A program made the position numbers and the translations under genes. Shown piece after piece: positions 9,650-18,804 of a DNA stretch of 42,077 nucleotides (positions are counted from its first letter, which is position 1; every line of letters starts with the position of its first letter). The DNA is from Polyangiaceae bacterium. GTDB lineage: Bacteria > Myxococcota_A > Polyangia > Polyangiales > Polyangiaceae. The notes below the pieces were generated by a model, which was not told the origin of the DNA, searched no databases, and worked only from the letters and a program-made list of their open reading frames with translations. The stretch spans positions 1 through 42,077 of the forward strand of contig JANRKO010000026.1 in assembly GCA_033763455.1 (NCBI GenBank), written 5' to 3'.

Positions 9650-10033
9650 CTAGCAGCGTACGATGCGTGGCTTCTTCGCATTCAGTGCTGAAAATAGCGT
9701 GCGTAAATCGGCCGGGTCGCTCGTGTACACAACGTCGACCTGGCGACTTGCCACGATGGCAACCTGAGCGTCGCAGATGTCCTGCGTTCGCGTTTTTCCG
9801 CAAAGCACGCCGACATCTCTTGCGACAGCGTCGAAGGAGGCCACGACGCAATGCTTAAGGGCCATTTGTAGATGAGCTTGGCCGGGGGTACCGCGCCAGG
9901 CCTGAGCTAGCACGGCGCTTGGAACCACAACGTCCGCACCGCTCCGCACCGCTTCCTTCAACGCCGCCCACATAGACCGTTGGTTCCGCTCCAAGGCTAT
10001 CAGCGCCCCCGTATCCAAAACGATTTGATTCAC
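9650..10033 (-). CDS. vapC: PIN-domain toxin (VapC family)
   Basis: IVLDTGALI N-terminus, DICDAQV and YTSDPADL acidic motifs; 127 aa; GTGA overlap with the upstream small gene. Confidence 0.85.
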   Translation of the reverse strand: MNQIVLDTGALIALERNQRSMWAALKEAVRSGADVVVPSAVLAQAWRGTPGQAHLQMALKHCVVASFDAVARDVGVLCGKTRTQDICDAQVAIVASRQVDVVYTSDPADLRTLFSALNAKKPRIVRC

Positions 10034-10260
10034 GAACGCTTCGACCCCCTCAGCTTAACCCTTGCGGCACGGAGCTCAGCCGGAGTTAGCGCTCCATGCG
10101 TTGCTTCCCAACTCTCAATGGCGGCCAAAAGCCCTTCTGCACGCAGTTTTCGCTCAGCAGCATCGGCCAACCATGCTGAGGTGGGCTGGTTTCCAGCAGC
10201 CTTACGCACCGCGCGCGCCAGCTGGGGCTCGAACGACACTGCAAACCTTGCGACCGTCAT
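10030..10260 (-). CDS. Ribbon-helix-helix-like antitoxin (VapB-like)
   Basis: 76 aa, with an alternating beta-strand ARFAVSF followed by helices (SAWLADAAERKLR); coupled to the PIN gene. Confidence 0.75.
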   Translation of the reverse strand: MTVARFAVSFEPQLARAVRKAAGNQPTSAWLADAAERKLRAEGLLAAIESWEATHGALTPAELRAARVKLRGSKRS

Positions 10261-10351
10261 ACGGTAGTATTACCACCGACGTGGCAGCCCGTCAATCCGC
10301 TTGCCCACCCTCGAAAGCAAGGACCGATGTCGTTCGTGTGCGCGACGAGTG

Positions 10352-11416
10352 CTAGCGGCGGATCACTTCGCAGTTAGAGAATTCCACGTTGGTGCTTAGC
10401 TTGTAGTTTGAAGTGGTGGTGGCTCGCTCAGCGTGGAAGACACTGAGGGGGTACTCCTGGCCCACGGTGAGCCCTGAAACGGTGTCCAGATTAACTGATC
10501 CGAAAAGCTGAGGGTGCAATCCTCCCAGGTCAATCACAAGCTGGTTATTGATGAACACCCACAGGTCATCATCTCCGTAGAATTCTAGGGTCTGCCCCTT
10601 TCGGTAAATGAACCGAGTGTTGAGCTCAAACGTAAAGTGGTAATTGTGAAAAGGTGGGAGGTTTCCGGCGGTGGATAATCCGTCTTTGTTCTCCCCATAT
10701 GGTAAATCCAGTGCTTGTGTTCCCCTGCCATCGATGGGGAAGAACTGAGTCGATTCGTAACTGACCTTCTTGGTTATGGGGTCGAAAGTCTTGACCATGT
10801 GCGCGGATACAGGGGGGTTATCCAAGTCCAATTCAAAGGTGGAGCTAGTCGGGTGAGCTGTGCTGTACCAAAGATGAAAGTTCTCCGCTGTGGTGAGTTG
10901 CACATCCCCTGCGGGCTGCGGTTGAGCGAAGACCGGTGCCCCGTCTGCTCCCAGCACTGACGCTACCAATCCTAGCGTGCCTAAGCCTCGGAACGTTTCA
11001 AAATCCGGATGTGGATTAACTGGCGAAAGGTACGAATTAAAATCGCGCACCAGCCCGACCAACTTAGGCTGGCACGGTCCATTGGCCCCTGTGCCGCTCT
11101 GCGCAGCCCCTCCCGCGCCAGAGGCAATCCCCCCGCTTCCCGGCGGAAACGGAAACGGATTCCCGCTTCCTCCCAAACCACCGCTTGGTGTCGACAGAAC
11201 TCCGCCCGTATTCGTATTGCCTCCAGCACCCGAATCCACACCGCCCATGCTGTTCGCTTTGCTCGCCGTGTCATTCGGTGCTCCCGCGCCCGAATTGTTC
11301 AGTGCGTCCGTCCCCAAGCTAATGTCGCTACCTCCCATGCAGTTGGTAACTTGCGATGCAAGGAGGAGCGCTGTAAGCGAAAGCAAGCAAGAGCGAGTGT
11401 ACGCATTTGAATTCAT
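10352..11416 (-). CDS. Fibro-slime domain protein (PA14-related), exported, Gly-rich linker
   Basis: HPDFE, FFPID, HNYHFTFE and F.GDDDLWVFIN..LVIDLGGLH...FHAER motifs; N-terminal hydrophobic signal with Cys. Confidence 0.88.
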   Translation of the reverse strand: MNSNAYTRSCLLSLTALLLASQVTNCMGGSDISLGTDALNNSGAGAPNDTASKANSMGGVDSGAGGNTNTGGVLSTPSGGLGGSGNPFPFPPGSGGIASGAGGAAQSGTGANGPCQPKLVGLVRDFNSYLSPVNPHPDFETFRGLGTLGLVASVLGADGAPVFAQPQPAGDVQLTTAENFHLWYSTAHPTSSTFELDLDNPPVSAHMVKTFDPITKKVSYESTQFFPIDGRGTQALDLPYGENKDGLSTAGNLPPFHNYHFTFELNTRFIYRKGQTLEFYGDDDLWVFINNQLVIDLGGLHPQLFGSVNLDTVSGLTVGQEYPLSVFHAERATTTSNYKLSTNVEFSNCEVIRR

Positions 11417-11516
11417 TGTGTTGGCCTTTCAAGTAACCGTGTGCTGAGTGAGTGCCCGGCCGCTGTAGGATCCATTTAGGAAAATGATGGCCGAAGGGCT
11501 GCCGCAGCACGGCCCG

Positions 11517-12395
11517 CTATTTCCCATTGCAAGCGCTAGCAACCTTGGGGCGCAAAGGGGAGCGCGGATAGGTGTTCAAGAATGTTCGCGCCGCACTTTG
11601 ACCTTCGGCAATGTGCCCTGCGCTACACAGGGCGAAGACGCGGGTGGCGGCGTATTCTTCGGTGAGAACTTGAGGAGGCTTGCTCTGATCCAAAGAGTTG
11701 AGCACTTCTTGCCCCTTGCCGGCACGTAACGCGCGTTGAGCTGAACGGATGGTTTGCAGCTCTTGATCGAGCGCGGGTGTGGAGAAGCTTCCCACCGAGG
11801 GCAAAGGAGCCGTGGGCCGTGCGCTATCTTGAGCTGTGGGCGGTGCTGCTTCCGAGCGCGTCAACGCAACATTCCCGAGGCTAGCTTTAGGTGCTTGAAC
11901 CGCGCTAACTCTGGCAGTGCCGATGCTGGGCGAAACTGGTACTGGTGCAAACTGAGCCGTTGGAGGGGTCGAATCAGAGCTGCCATACGCGGCCAGCGAA
12001 GGCTCACCTGCTAATCGGCTCCGAGTTGAGGAGGATGTACGTGGAGTGCCTTGAACCTGCACCTGGGCGGAAGGCTGAGGCTTGGCTTCTGGAGGTAAAG
12101 TGGCCACCACTAGGCCGGTTCCGACAGCACCGCCTGTGGCGGCGATGAGCAGCAGCTTTCCAAACGTAAGCTGCACTCCAACGGCACTTGCACTCGACGT
12201 TAGCTGTGCGGCAGATGCAGCAGGAATGGTCGCTGCTGCAGCGTGGCTTGCGGCACCCAGTGCCCCGACTCCGACAGCTCCACCAACCCCTAGCATCACG
12301 CCGCGCTTGAGTTGCTCGCGCCGGCTCGCGTCGAGGCCATCGTGGCGGCGCACGCTGTCTATCAATTGGCGCCCTTCTCGGCTCACTTCGTCCAT
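11517..12395 (-). CDS. Putative membrane anti-sigma factor with Pro/Ala-rich linker and C-terminal TPR-like helices
   Basis: Overlaps the 3' end of the ECF sigma gene; hydrophobic segments; C-terminal L.QE...I..A..AL..G...EE..A..V.ALC..G....A..FL..YP.SP pattern typical of myxobacterial ECF partners. Confidence 0.7.
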   Translation of the reverse strand: MDEVSREGRQLIDSVRRHDGLDASRREQLKRGVMLGVGGAVGVGALGAASHAAAATIPAASAAQLTSSASAVGVQLTFGKLLLIAATGGAVGTGLVVATLPPEAKPQPSAQVQVQGTPRTSSSTRSRLAGEPSLAAYGSSDSTPPTAQFAPVPVSPSIGTARVSAVQAPKASLGNVALTRSEAAPPTAQDSARPTAPLPSVGSFSTPALDQELQTIRSAQRALRAGKGQEVLNSLDQSKPPQVLTEEYAATRVFALCSAGHIAEGQSAARTFLNTYPRSPLRPKVASACNGK

Positions 12396-12970
12396 GAAGA
12401 TCTCCGTGCATCTTGCGCCTCTTGGCGTTTGATGGCTTCGTTGAATTGTTGCCGAGCGGCGCGTAGGCGCGTGTAGATGGTGTTGGCGTTCACCCGCAAA
12501 GCCTCTGAAATCTCGGGAACGCTGAGCTCTTCGAGCTCCACCATCACGAATACGGTGCGGCGTTCATCGTCCAGCTGATCGAGCAGCGCGTAGAGGCGCC
12601 GTAGATCTTCTTTGAGCACGGAAGCTGCGAGGGGGCTCAGGTTGCCCGTGTCCGCTAAGAGCTCGGGCAAAGCTTCGGTGGGGCGGCGGCGCGCGCTCCT
12701 GAGGTAGCCTAGACACACGTGATGCGCGATGGAAAAAAGCCATGTTTTGGTGCTGGAGCGGCCTGCAAATTCGGCCAACCTGCGGTGCACCACCACAAAC
12801 ACGTCCTGTGTGGCGTCATCTACCAGCGCTTCTGGGACACCGAGGCGACGCAGCGTGCGCCACACGAAATCAACGTGTGTGTCGTACACGTCCTCAAACG
12901 ATGGCAGCGGGGACGGCATGCGTGGTGCCACCCAGGGCTCCGCATGCTCGTATTCCACCGTTTGATTCAT
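12383..12970 (-). CDS. ECF RNA polymerase sigma factor
   Basis: Region 2 DDATQDVF...F.GRSS.KTWLFSIA and region 4 R.VFVMVELEELS..EI...L....NTIYTRLRAAR; 195 aa. Confidence 0.95.
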   Translation of the reverse strand: MNQTVEYEHAEPWVAPRMPSPLPSFEDVYDTHVDFVWRTLRRLGVPEALVDDATQDVFVVVHRRLAEFAGRSSTKTWLFSIAHHVCLGYLRSARRRPTEALPELLADTGNLSPLAASVLKEDLRRLYALLDQLDDERRTVFVMVELEELSVPEISEALRVNANTIYTRLRAARQQFNEAIKRQEAQDARRSSWTK

Positions 12971-13067
12971 CGCTCCACCCTAGTGTCCGGGGCCTCGCCA
13001 ACCCGTTGCGAAATCAACCTACCATCAAAAAGAACGTCCGCCAGCGGGGATAAACCCTAAAAATGGC

Positions 13068-14156
13068 TCAAAATGTGAGTTGCAATCCGAGGGCGGCCCG
13101 CCCTGAGACAGCCGCGGGCGCGTAGACGCGGCCCGGGCCCTCTACGGTAAATCCCCTCCGAGCGAACGGGACGAGTAGTTCGGGCCGTACCCAGAGCGCC
13201 AAGACCTCGGGAACTAGATCAAGTTCAGCTCGCACCCCGAGGAGCCCTGCCAACCAAAGCGCAGATCCTGTTGCGGGCGTAGTCACATTGAAGCTCTCAG
13301 CCGAAATTTCTCCGGCTTCGAAACCCAGGCTGGCGGCACCGTGCACTTTGGAACCCGTGAACCACGAGAGCCTTGCTTGCGCAGCGGTGAGCGATGCCTC
13401 GACGCGCCCATTGCTATTGGGGACCGCTTGGCTCGTTGCAGGTAACCAAACCATACCCGCTTCCGCGCGAAACGCCGAAAACGAGAGAGCTAAGGCGCCC
13501 CCAAACCCAAGGCGCGGTTTAGGGAGAGTACCTGAGTCCAATATAGGAGCAAGTTCCAAGTGGACAGCGCGCAACAGTGGATCAGGAGTAGCCGTTGGTT
13601 TGGGGCGAATAGGGGCCGCATCGTTCTGCACCGGCACGGGAAAGGACGGTACAACGGGCGCAACATACGGCGGAGGTGGAGGCGGCGGAGAAACTGGTGC
13701 TAAGGGAGCAGTGGGCACCATCGTTCCCGTGGGCTGCCGTGCCCGCGTTTCCGCAACGGCCAGTGGATCGATAGCGAGCGCCACCACGAGGGCGGCGGCT
13801 TCGAGTGCCTGCGCGCAGTCGGGAGCTTCCAGCCGCCGCTCAAAGGACGTAGTTGCCGAGCGGGTGGTAATGAGCACAGCGATCGCGCCGCTCGGGGCTG
13901 CTGAAAACGAAACCTGTGCTTGAAGGTCCTCCTTGAGCAGGCCCTCGGCAGCTTGCCCCAAGAGTTCTGGGATGCGCCGCTCCCAACCCGCGGCAGGTGG
14001 GCAGAACGGTTGGGGTTCCCACTCAACCGAGAGGGTCGAGGCTTCAGCCGAGTGTACTGTGACAAAGAGCACGCCTACTGCGGCAAGGGCGCTGACGAGG
14101 CGTAACTTCAGAGATTGACTCACGCAACTTATGAACACAGCGTTGGCGTTTCCCAC
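13068..14156 (-). CDS. Exported protein with Pro-rich linker and probable C-terminal beta-barrel (ECF-cassette partner)
   Basis: Signal peptide (…VHSAEA), N-terminal Cys pair, poly-Pro linker, amphipathic beta strands and a terminal LGLQLTF ending in Phe. The start codon is uncertain. Confidence 0.65.
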   Translation of the reverse strand: MGNANAVFISCVSQSLKLRLVSALAAVGVLFVTVHSAEASTLSVEWEPQPFCPPAAGWERRIPELLGQAAEGLLKEDLQAQVSFSAAPSGAIAVLITTRSATTSFERRLEAPDCAQALEAAALVVALAIDPLAVAETRARQPTGTMVPTAPLAPVSPPPPPPPYVAPVVPSFPVPVQNDAAPIRPKPTATPDPLLRAVHLELAPILDSGTLPKPRLGFGGALALSFSAFRAEAGMVWLPATSQAVPNSNGRVEASLTAAQARLSWFTGSKVHGAASLGFEAGEISAESFNVTTPATGSALWLAGLLGVRAELDLVPEVLALWVRPELLVPFARRGFTVEGPGRVYAPAAVSGRAALGLQLTF

Positions 14157-14275
14157 AGCGAGGTGTGCGGGGTCTAGTGCGGCCTTTCGATAGCTCGCGT
14201 CCGTGGCTATTCGTCCGAGAAGTACACCCTTCTCTTATGATGTGAGCTCTGGCCCAGCCGGTGCTCCGGAGGCGC

Positions 14276-14920
14276 CTAGGGTAGCTCCAGGGACTTCACG
14301 TAAGGCTGCTTCACCTCGCGCCGCAAGGCTTGCAGCGTGTTCATGGGCCAGCTCTTCTGGATCATGTTGACGAGCCAGGCGGGTAGGGAACCTTTGGGAT
14401 CGGTGTGGATTTCTACAGTTACGTGGGTCCTATCGCCTTTAGGGGTTAATACGTAACGGCTTTCGTAGAGGCGAGCTCGGACTCCCACGGTGGGTGGCGC
14501 CTTGGGGTGAGTTACTGATGAGATCTGCAGTGTTACAACTCCAGTCTTTGGGTTTCGGCTACCAATGGCTCGATAGACGTAGTCCCGGTCGCTTATCAGC
14601 GGCGGAAGCTGGAAGTGTTGATAGAGGATAAAATCAAATGCTGAGCGCTGCTCAAGCACAACGCTGCGTTTGAGCCTATCCACCCAGTTGGTTCGGTGCG
14701 CGTTGTCGGAAAGCACCCACGCAATCTTGCCGAGTGGCGCATCCACCATGCCCGTACCTTTAAAGGCCACCAAGGGCGAACCGGGAACATCCCTTCGATA
14801 GACACGGATGCCTTCGTCGCTGCCGATTTCCTCCCAAGCGGCCGCGTACGCCACGCGACTGATTGCCAGCCACTCCGTAACTAGGGCCACGGTCAAACCA
14901 AAAAATCCCCTGCGTCGCAT
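14276..14920 (-). CDS. START-domain lipid-binding protein with twin-arginine-like signal
   Basis: WEE....GIRVYRR, SDRDYV and DPKGSLPAWLVN START motifs; N-terminus MRRRGFF...AYA. Confidence 0.85.
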   Translation of the reverse strand: MRRRGFFGLTVALVTEWLAISRVAYAAAWEEIGSDEGIRVYRRDVPGSPLVAFKGTGMVDAPLGKIAWVLSDNAHRTNWVDRLKRSVVLEQRSAFDFILYQHFQLPPLISDRDYVYRAIGSRNPKTGVVTLQISSVTHPKAPPTVGVRARLYESRYVLTPKGDRTHVTVEIHTDPKGSLPAWLVNMIQKSWPMNTLQALRREVKQPYVKSLELP

Positions 14921-15129
14921 GAGCGGAGCTTAATCTGGCCGGGGTATCACGGAAAGCCGCGGTGGCGAGGTGGAGCCCCAACCGCACCAAAAACGCGCAG
15001 CCTTGCCCGTGCCGAACCTGCCAGTCTAGGGTCCGCCGCAATGCTTAGCGCGTGGCTCCGCAACTCGGAAGAAGACTCTCGACCGGCGATGCTTTCTCTC
15101 TCTGTGAGGGCGCATATGGCGGGCCCTTC

Positions 15130-16611
15130 ATGAGAGCCCACCTGGGAAGGTTAGCCCGTGGAACCTTGACGTACGGGCTTGGCCGCGTGCTTGGGCGCAG
15201 CCTTTCCGTCATCGCGTTGCCCATCTTCACTCGGTACCTGAATCCAGAGGCATTCGGCATTGTCGCCATGCTCGGGTTGATTGCTGCACTCGCAACCCCC
15301 ATTTTTAGCCTCGGGTTTGGAACGTCGGTGGGCCTCGTGTACTTCGAGCAAAGAGGTGCCGATGCTCGGCGTGCGTGCATTTGGGCTGCAGCGCAGGTGT
15401 TAGCGCTGAGCGTTGCGGTAATGCTAGCGATTGGCCTTTGGTTCACTCAGGAGATTTCTCGCCTTGTGTTGGCCAATGGCAACATGAGCGGCTTCGTGAA
15501 CCTCACCCTGTGGTCAACTGCCTTCGGAATTTTGGCAATTCCATTTCAGCTTTACCTTCAGTTTGAGGAGCGTGCGAAGCAGTTTGTCGTCATCACCGCA
15601 ATCGGCGCGTCGTCCAACGTTGTGGTTGGCTGTGTTTTGGTGGTTTTCCTGGGGCGCGGTGCTGCGGGCTTGGTTGAAGCAACGTGCATCTCGCAGCTCT
15701 TCATGTTGTGCTGCTTCATTGCATCAGCTCTCCCGTATCGCATCACCGGCGGTATGGCTGTAGCCAAAGAAGCTGTGCGTCTTGGGTTGCCTATGATTCC
15801 GGCGTTCGGGTTTCTCTTCTTGTTGGAGCAAACCAGTAAATATGCGCTCACCTATTTCCATGGCCTAAATGCAACTGGCGTTTACGGCGTGGGATACGGG
15901 TTAGGGGGGATTCTCGGTGTGGCTACGGCTGCATTTGGCGCCGCTTGGACGCCGTTCTTTCTGTCCTTTATGGATAAGCAGGCTGAGGCCAAGCCCATCT
16001 TCGGCAGAGTGCTCACCTACTATGTGATGGGCGGCGGGTTTCTGAGCATCCTGTTTTTCGTGGGCAGCCGCTCGCTGGTTTTGGTGTTAACGCAGGCGAA
16101 GTTCCACGAAGCCTTCGCCGTTATCGGTTGGGTGGCCGCAGCGCAGGTTTTTTCTGGAATTTTCGGCGTCCTGCTGCCCCCAGTTTATTTTGCCAAGGAG
16201 GTGCGCCAATCAGCGTTTGTGCAGGGCTCCGCGGTGTTGGTGGGGATGGGGGCCAGCGCCGTTCTCGTCCGTCTGGATGGTGCGCGCGGGGCGGCGATCG
16301 CTTTGGCAGTAGGCTATCTGACCATGGCCGTTTTTATGCACCTCTGGAACCGATATCGCGGCGACGATTACTTCCAGCCGGAATATGAGTGGGGGCGGGT
16401 GCTTAAGATGGCTTTGACGTGGGGTCTCTTTGCCGCCGTATTTATGATTCCGCGGAGTTTTCCCCTTGTGTACGAACTCATGCTCGCCGCGGCTGGAGCA
16501 GTGATGGCTGCTGCCTGCGTCTACTGGCAGCTGACCTTGAGCGAGGTGAGTCTCCTGAAGGAAACCGTTCGCAGGTTCTTCGCCGCGAGCGATCATGGGA
16601 AGGGTGAGTGA
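15130..16611 (+). CDS. Polysaccharide/oligosaccharide flippase (Wzx/MOP family)
   Basis: LPIFTRYLNPEAFG motif, many TM segments, GL.ATGVYG motif; ATG at 15130. Confidence 0.88.
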   Translation: MRAHLGRLARGTLTYGLGRVLGRSLSVIALPIFTRYLNPEAFGIVAMLGLIAALATPIFSLGFGTSVGLVYFEQRGADARRACIWAAAQVLALSVAVMLAIGLWFTQEISRLVLANGNMSGFVNLTLWSTAFGILAIPFQLYLQFEERAKQFVVITAIGASSNVVVGCVLVVFLGRGAAGLVEATCISQLFMLCCFIASALPYRITGGMAVAKEAVRLGLPMIPAFGFLFLLEQTSKYALTYFHGLNATGVYGVGYGLGGILGVATAAFGAAWTPFFLSFMDKQAEAKPIFGRVLTYYVMGGGFLSILFFVGSRSLVLVLTQAKFHEAFAVIGWVAAAQVFSGIFGVLLPPVYFAKEVRQSAFVQGSAVLVGMGASAVLVRLDGARGAAIALAVGYLTMAVFMHLWNRYRGDDYFQPEYEWGRVLKMALTWGLFAAVFMIPRSFPLVYELMLAAAGAVMAAACVYWQLTLSEVSLLKETVRRFFAASDHGKGE

Positions 16612-16687
16612 GTGCTCTTGACCGGAGATTTCTTCTAGTGCATTGTCGGGCTTGCCCGGGCTCTCGCTGAGCTCGAGGTTCTTCACC

Positions 16688-17500
16688 ATGGTCGCTCAGC
16701 AATCTATATTGGACGGGGAAAATGCCAGATTTTGGTCGGAACTTTGTGGTTCCAATCTGGCGGAAGCTGAGGGCATTACCGATAGAAGTCCGGAAGCGCT
16801 GAACCGTTTCGATCGGGCGTATTTCGAGTTCTATCCATACCTCTTGAGTTACGTTCAGCCCGAGCGATTGCGCGGGAAAAAAGTGCTTGAAGTAGGGCTT
16901 GGCTTCGGAAGTGTCGGCGAGCGTTTGGCGGCTTCCGGCGCAGATTATGTTGGGATGGACGTCAGCAGCGGGCCGGTGGATATGATGAATTATCGCCTGC
17001 AAGCGAGGGGCCTGGCGGGGGTGGCGCTGCAGCGTAGTTTCCTCAGCAACGAACTTCCAAGTTCGAGTTTCGACGCGGTGGTATCCATTGGTTGTTTCCA
17101 CCACACGGGTGATCTGGAACGCTGTATCGACGAAGTACACCGGATCTTGAGGCCAGGCGGCACCTGCACGATCATGGTCTACAATCGGTACTCGCTTCGG
17201 CAGTGGTTGAGGTGGCCCGTTCGTACGTTGGCAGCGGCCGTTGGGCGCCCGTTTGCCACGTCTTCTTCGCAGCGGGGAGCGTATGACCAAAACGCGGACG
17301 GTGAGGCTGCTCCCAGCACTGAATTCCGGAGTGCGCGGGAATTGACGAAATCATTCGAGCGGTTTGCGAGCGTCCAGGCGCAGACGGAGAACTGTGACGA
17401 GCTGCGCCTTCTCAAGGTCACGGTTGTTTCTCGTCGACAGCTCTTACCGATTGTTGGCCGACACCTCGGCCTCGACGTCTACGTTCGAGCCACCAAGTAA
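16688..17500 (+). CDS. Class I SAM-dependent methyltransferase
   Basis: VLEVGLGFG (motif I), SFDAVVS and EVHRILRPGG; ATG at 16688. Confidence 0.9.
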   Translation: MVAQQSILDGENARFWSELCGSNLAEAEGITDRSPEALNRFDRAYFEFYPYLLSYVQPERLRGKKVLEVGLGFGSVGERLAASGADYVGMDVSSGPVDMMNYRLQARGLAGVALQRSFLSNELPSSSFDAVVSIGCFHHTGDLERCIDEVHRILRPGGTCTIMVYNRYSLRQWLRWPVRTLAAAVGRPFATSSSQRGAYDQNADGEAAPSTEFRSARELTKSFERFASVQAQTENCDELRLLKVTVVSRRQLLPIVGRHLGLDVYVRATK

Positions 17501-17517
17501 TCGAGGCGTCCACGAGC

Positions 17518-18801
17518 ATGGGAAAGCGTCATGTGCCGGGAGTATTGCTACTCCACCATCAGCCCATTGGGCCCAATGCCTCAACCATCAGCGAGCACGT
17601 GCGGGCCTTTGGTCGACATTCTCGCTTTCCGATATATGAGCACAATACAGAGTTGGGCTTCCCCCCCGCGCTCGCGGATTGGGAATTCGACGCCATAGTG
17701 ATGCACTATTCGCTGTTTGGGACGTCACCTTACACGCTCAATCAGAAGCATCTAGAGTACATTAATCGCGCATCCACCTACAAGGTTGCATACTTCCAGG
17801 ACGAACACAGGTACTGTCAGAAGCGCTTCGCGTTCTTGAATGATCACCGAGTAAACTGCGTGTTTACGCTCCTTGAGCCGACCGAATGGAGCAAAGTCTA
17901 TCAGAAGTATACGCGCGTGGAGAAGTTGATTTACACGCTCACGGGTTACGTTAGTGAGGAATTGTTAAGCGTGTCCAAGCGCGCCCACAAGCCAGATAGC
18001 CTGCGGAATATTGATATTGGGTATCGGGCACGGCGCCTGGATTTCTACATGGGGGCAGGTGGGCAAGAGAAGCACTTGATAGCGGAAGCGTTCGAGCACA
18101 GTTCCGCAGCGCGCGAGCTCGTGTTAGACATTGATACCAAGGAAGAGAGGCGCCTCTACGGCGCGCAATGGGTCAATTTCCTAGCAAATTGTCGAGGGGC
18201 GCTTGGGGTTGAGACAGGCGTATCGGTATTTGACCTGGAGGATGTGGTTCGGCCGGCGTGTGAGCGGTTACTCGCCGAGAACCCGGCAATAACTTTTGAA
18301 GAAGTGTCAGCTCGCGTGTTGAAGCCCTGGGAAGGTCGCGTCTTTTACCGCACGGTGGGTCCTCGGCATTTTGAGGCGGCCGCTCTCCGCGTTTGTCAGA
18401 TCATGTTTGAGGGGAAATATTCAGGTGTGATGCAGGCTGGAAAGCACTACTTGTCCTTGAAGAAAGACTTCTCGAATCTAGATGAAGTTATTCGGCTGTT
18501 CAAAGACGCCGATGTTCGAAGGCAAATTTCAGATGCGGCGCATGAGGATCTTATCGCATCCCGGCGATTTGAGTACTCTGCATTGATTTCAGATTTCGAC
18601 CGAGTACTCGAACAAGCCGGCCTGGGCGTTGACTCAACTCAGCCGGATGCCCGGGTGCAACGGCAGCTGAAGGAAGGGTATTGGCCCCACCGTGTCCGGG
18701 CCGAGCTCCGTGGGCGAGTCATACGCCCCACGCGCGCGCGTATTCGGACTATGATCAATCAGCTCGCTGTACTCGCGCGAATCCGAGCGACGTCAGGCTA
18801 G
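17518..18801 (+). CDS. Putative glycosyltransferase (GT-B, Glyco_trans_1_2/CgeB-like C-terminus)
   Basis: RNIDIGYR, GPRHFEAAA...G.HY...RRQISDAA motifs; last gene of the flippase cassette. Confidence 0.6.
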   Translation: MGKRHVPGVLLLHHQPIGPNASTISEHVRAFGRHSRFPIYEHNTELGFPPALADWEFDAIVMHYSLFGTSPYTLNQKHLEYINRASTYKVAYFQDEHRYCQKRFAFLNDHRVNCVFTLLEPTEWSKVYQKYTRVEKLIYTLTGYVSEELLSVSKRAHKPDSLRNIDIGYRARRLDFYMGAGGQEKHLIAEAFEHSSAARELVLDIDTKEERRLYGAQWVNFLANCRGALGVETGVSVFDLEDVVRPACERLLAENPAITFEEVSARVLKPWEGRVFYRTVGPRHFEAAALRVCQIMFEGKYSGVMQAGKHYLSLKKDFSNLDEVIRLFKDADVRRQISDAAHEDLIASRRFEYSALISDFDRVLEQAGLGVDSTQPDARVQRQLKEGYWPHRVRAELRGRVIRPTRARIRTMINQLAVLARIRATSG

Positions 18802-18804
18802 GGC

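Noticed and set aside
11417..11516. ECF promoter shared with the region upstream of the sigma gene (ggcc.ggRcact similarity)
   Set aside because: The similarity is too short and GC-rich to support without alignment to orthologous promoters.
16478..17290. 270-aa minus-strand ORF, and similar long antisense or alternate-frame ORFs (e.g. 7796-8437, 13288-13923, 21957-22550, 29611-30201)
   Set aside because: They overlap well-supported genes and lack motifs; such ORFs are expected in GC-rich DNA.
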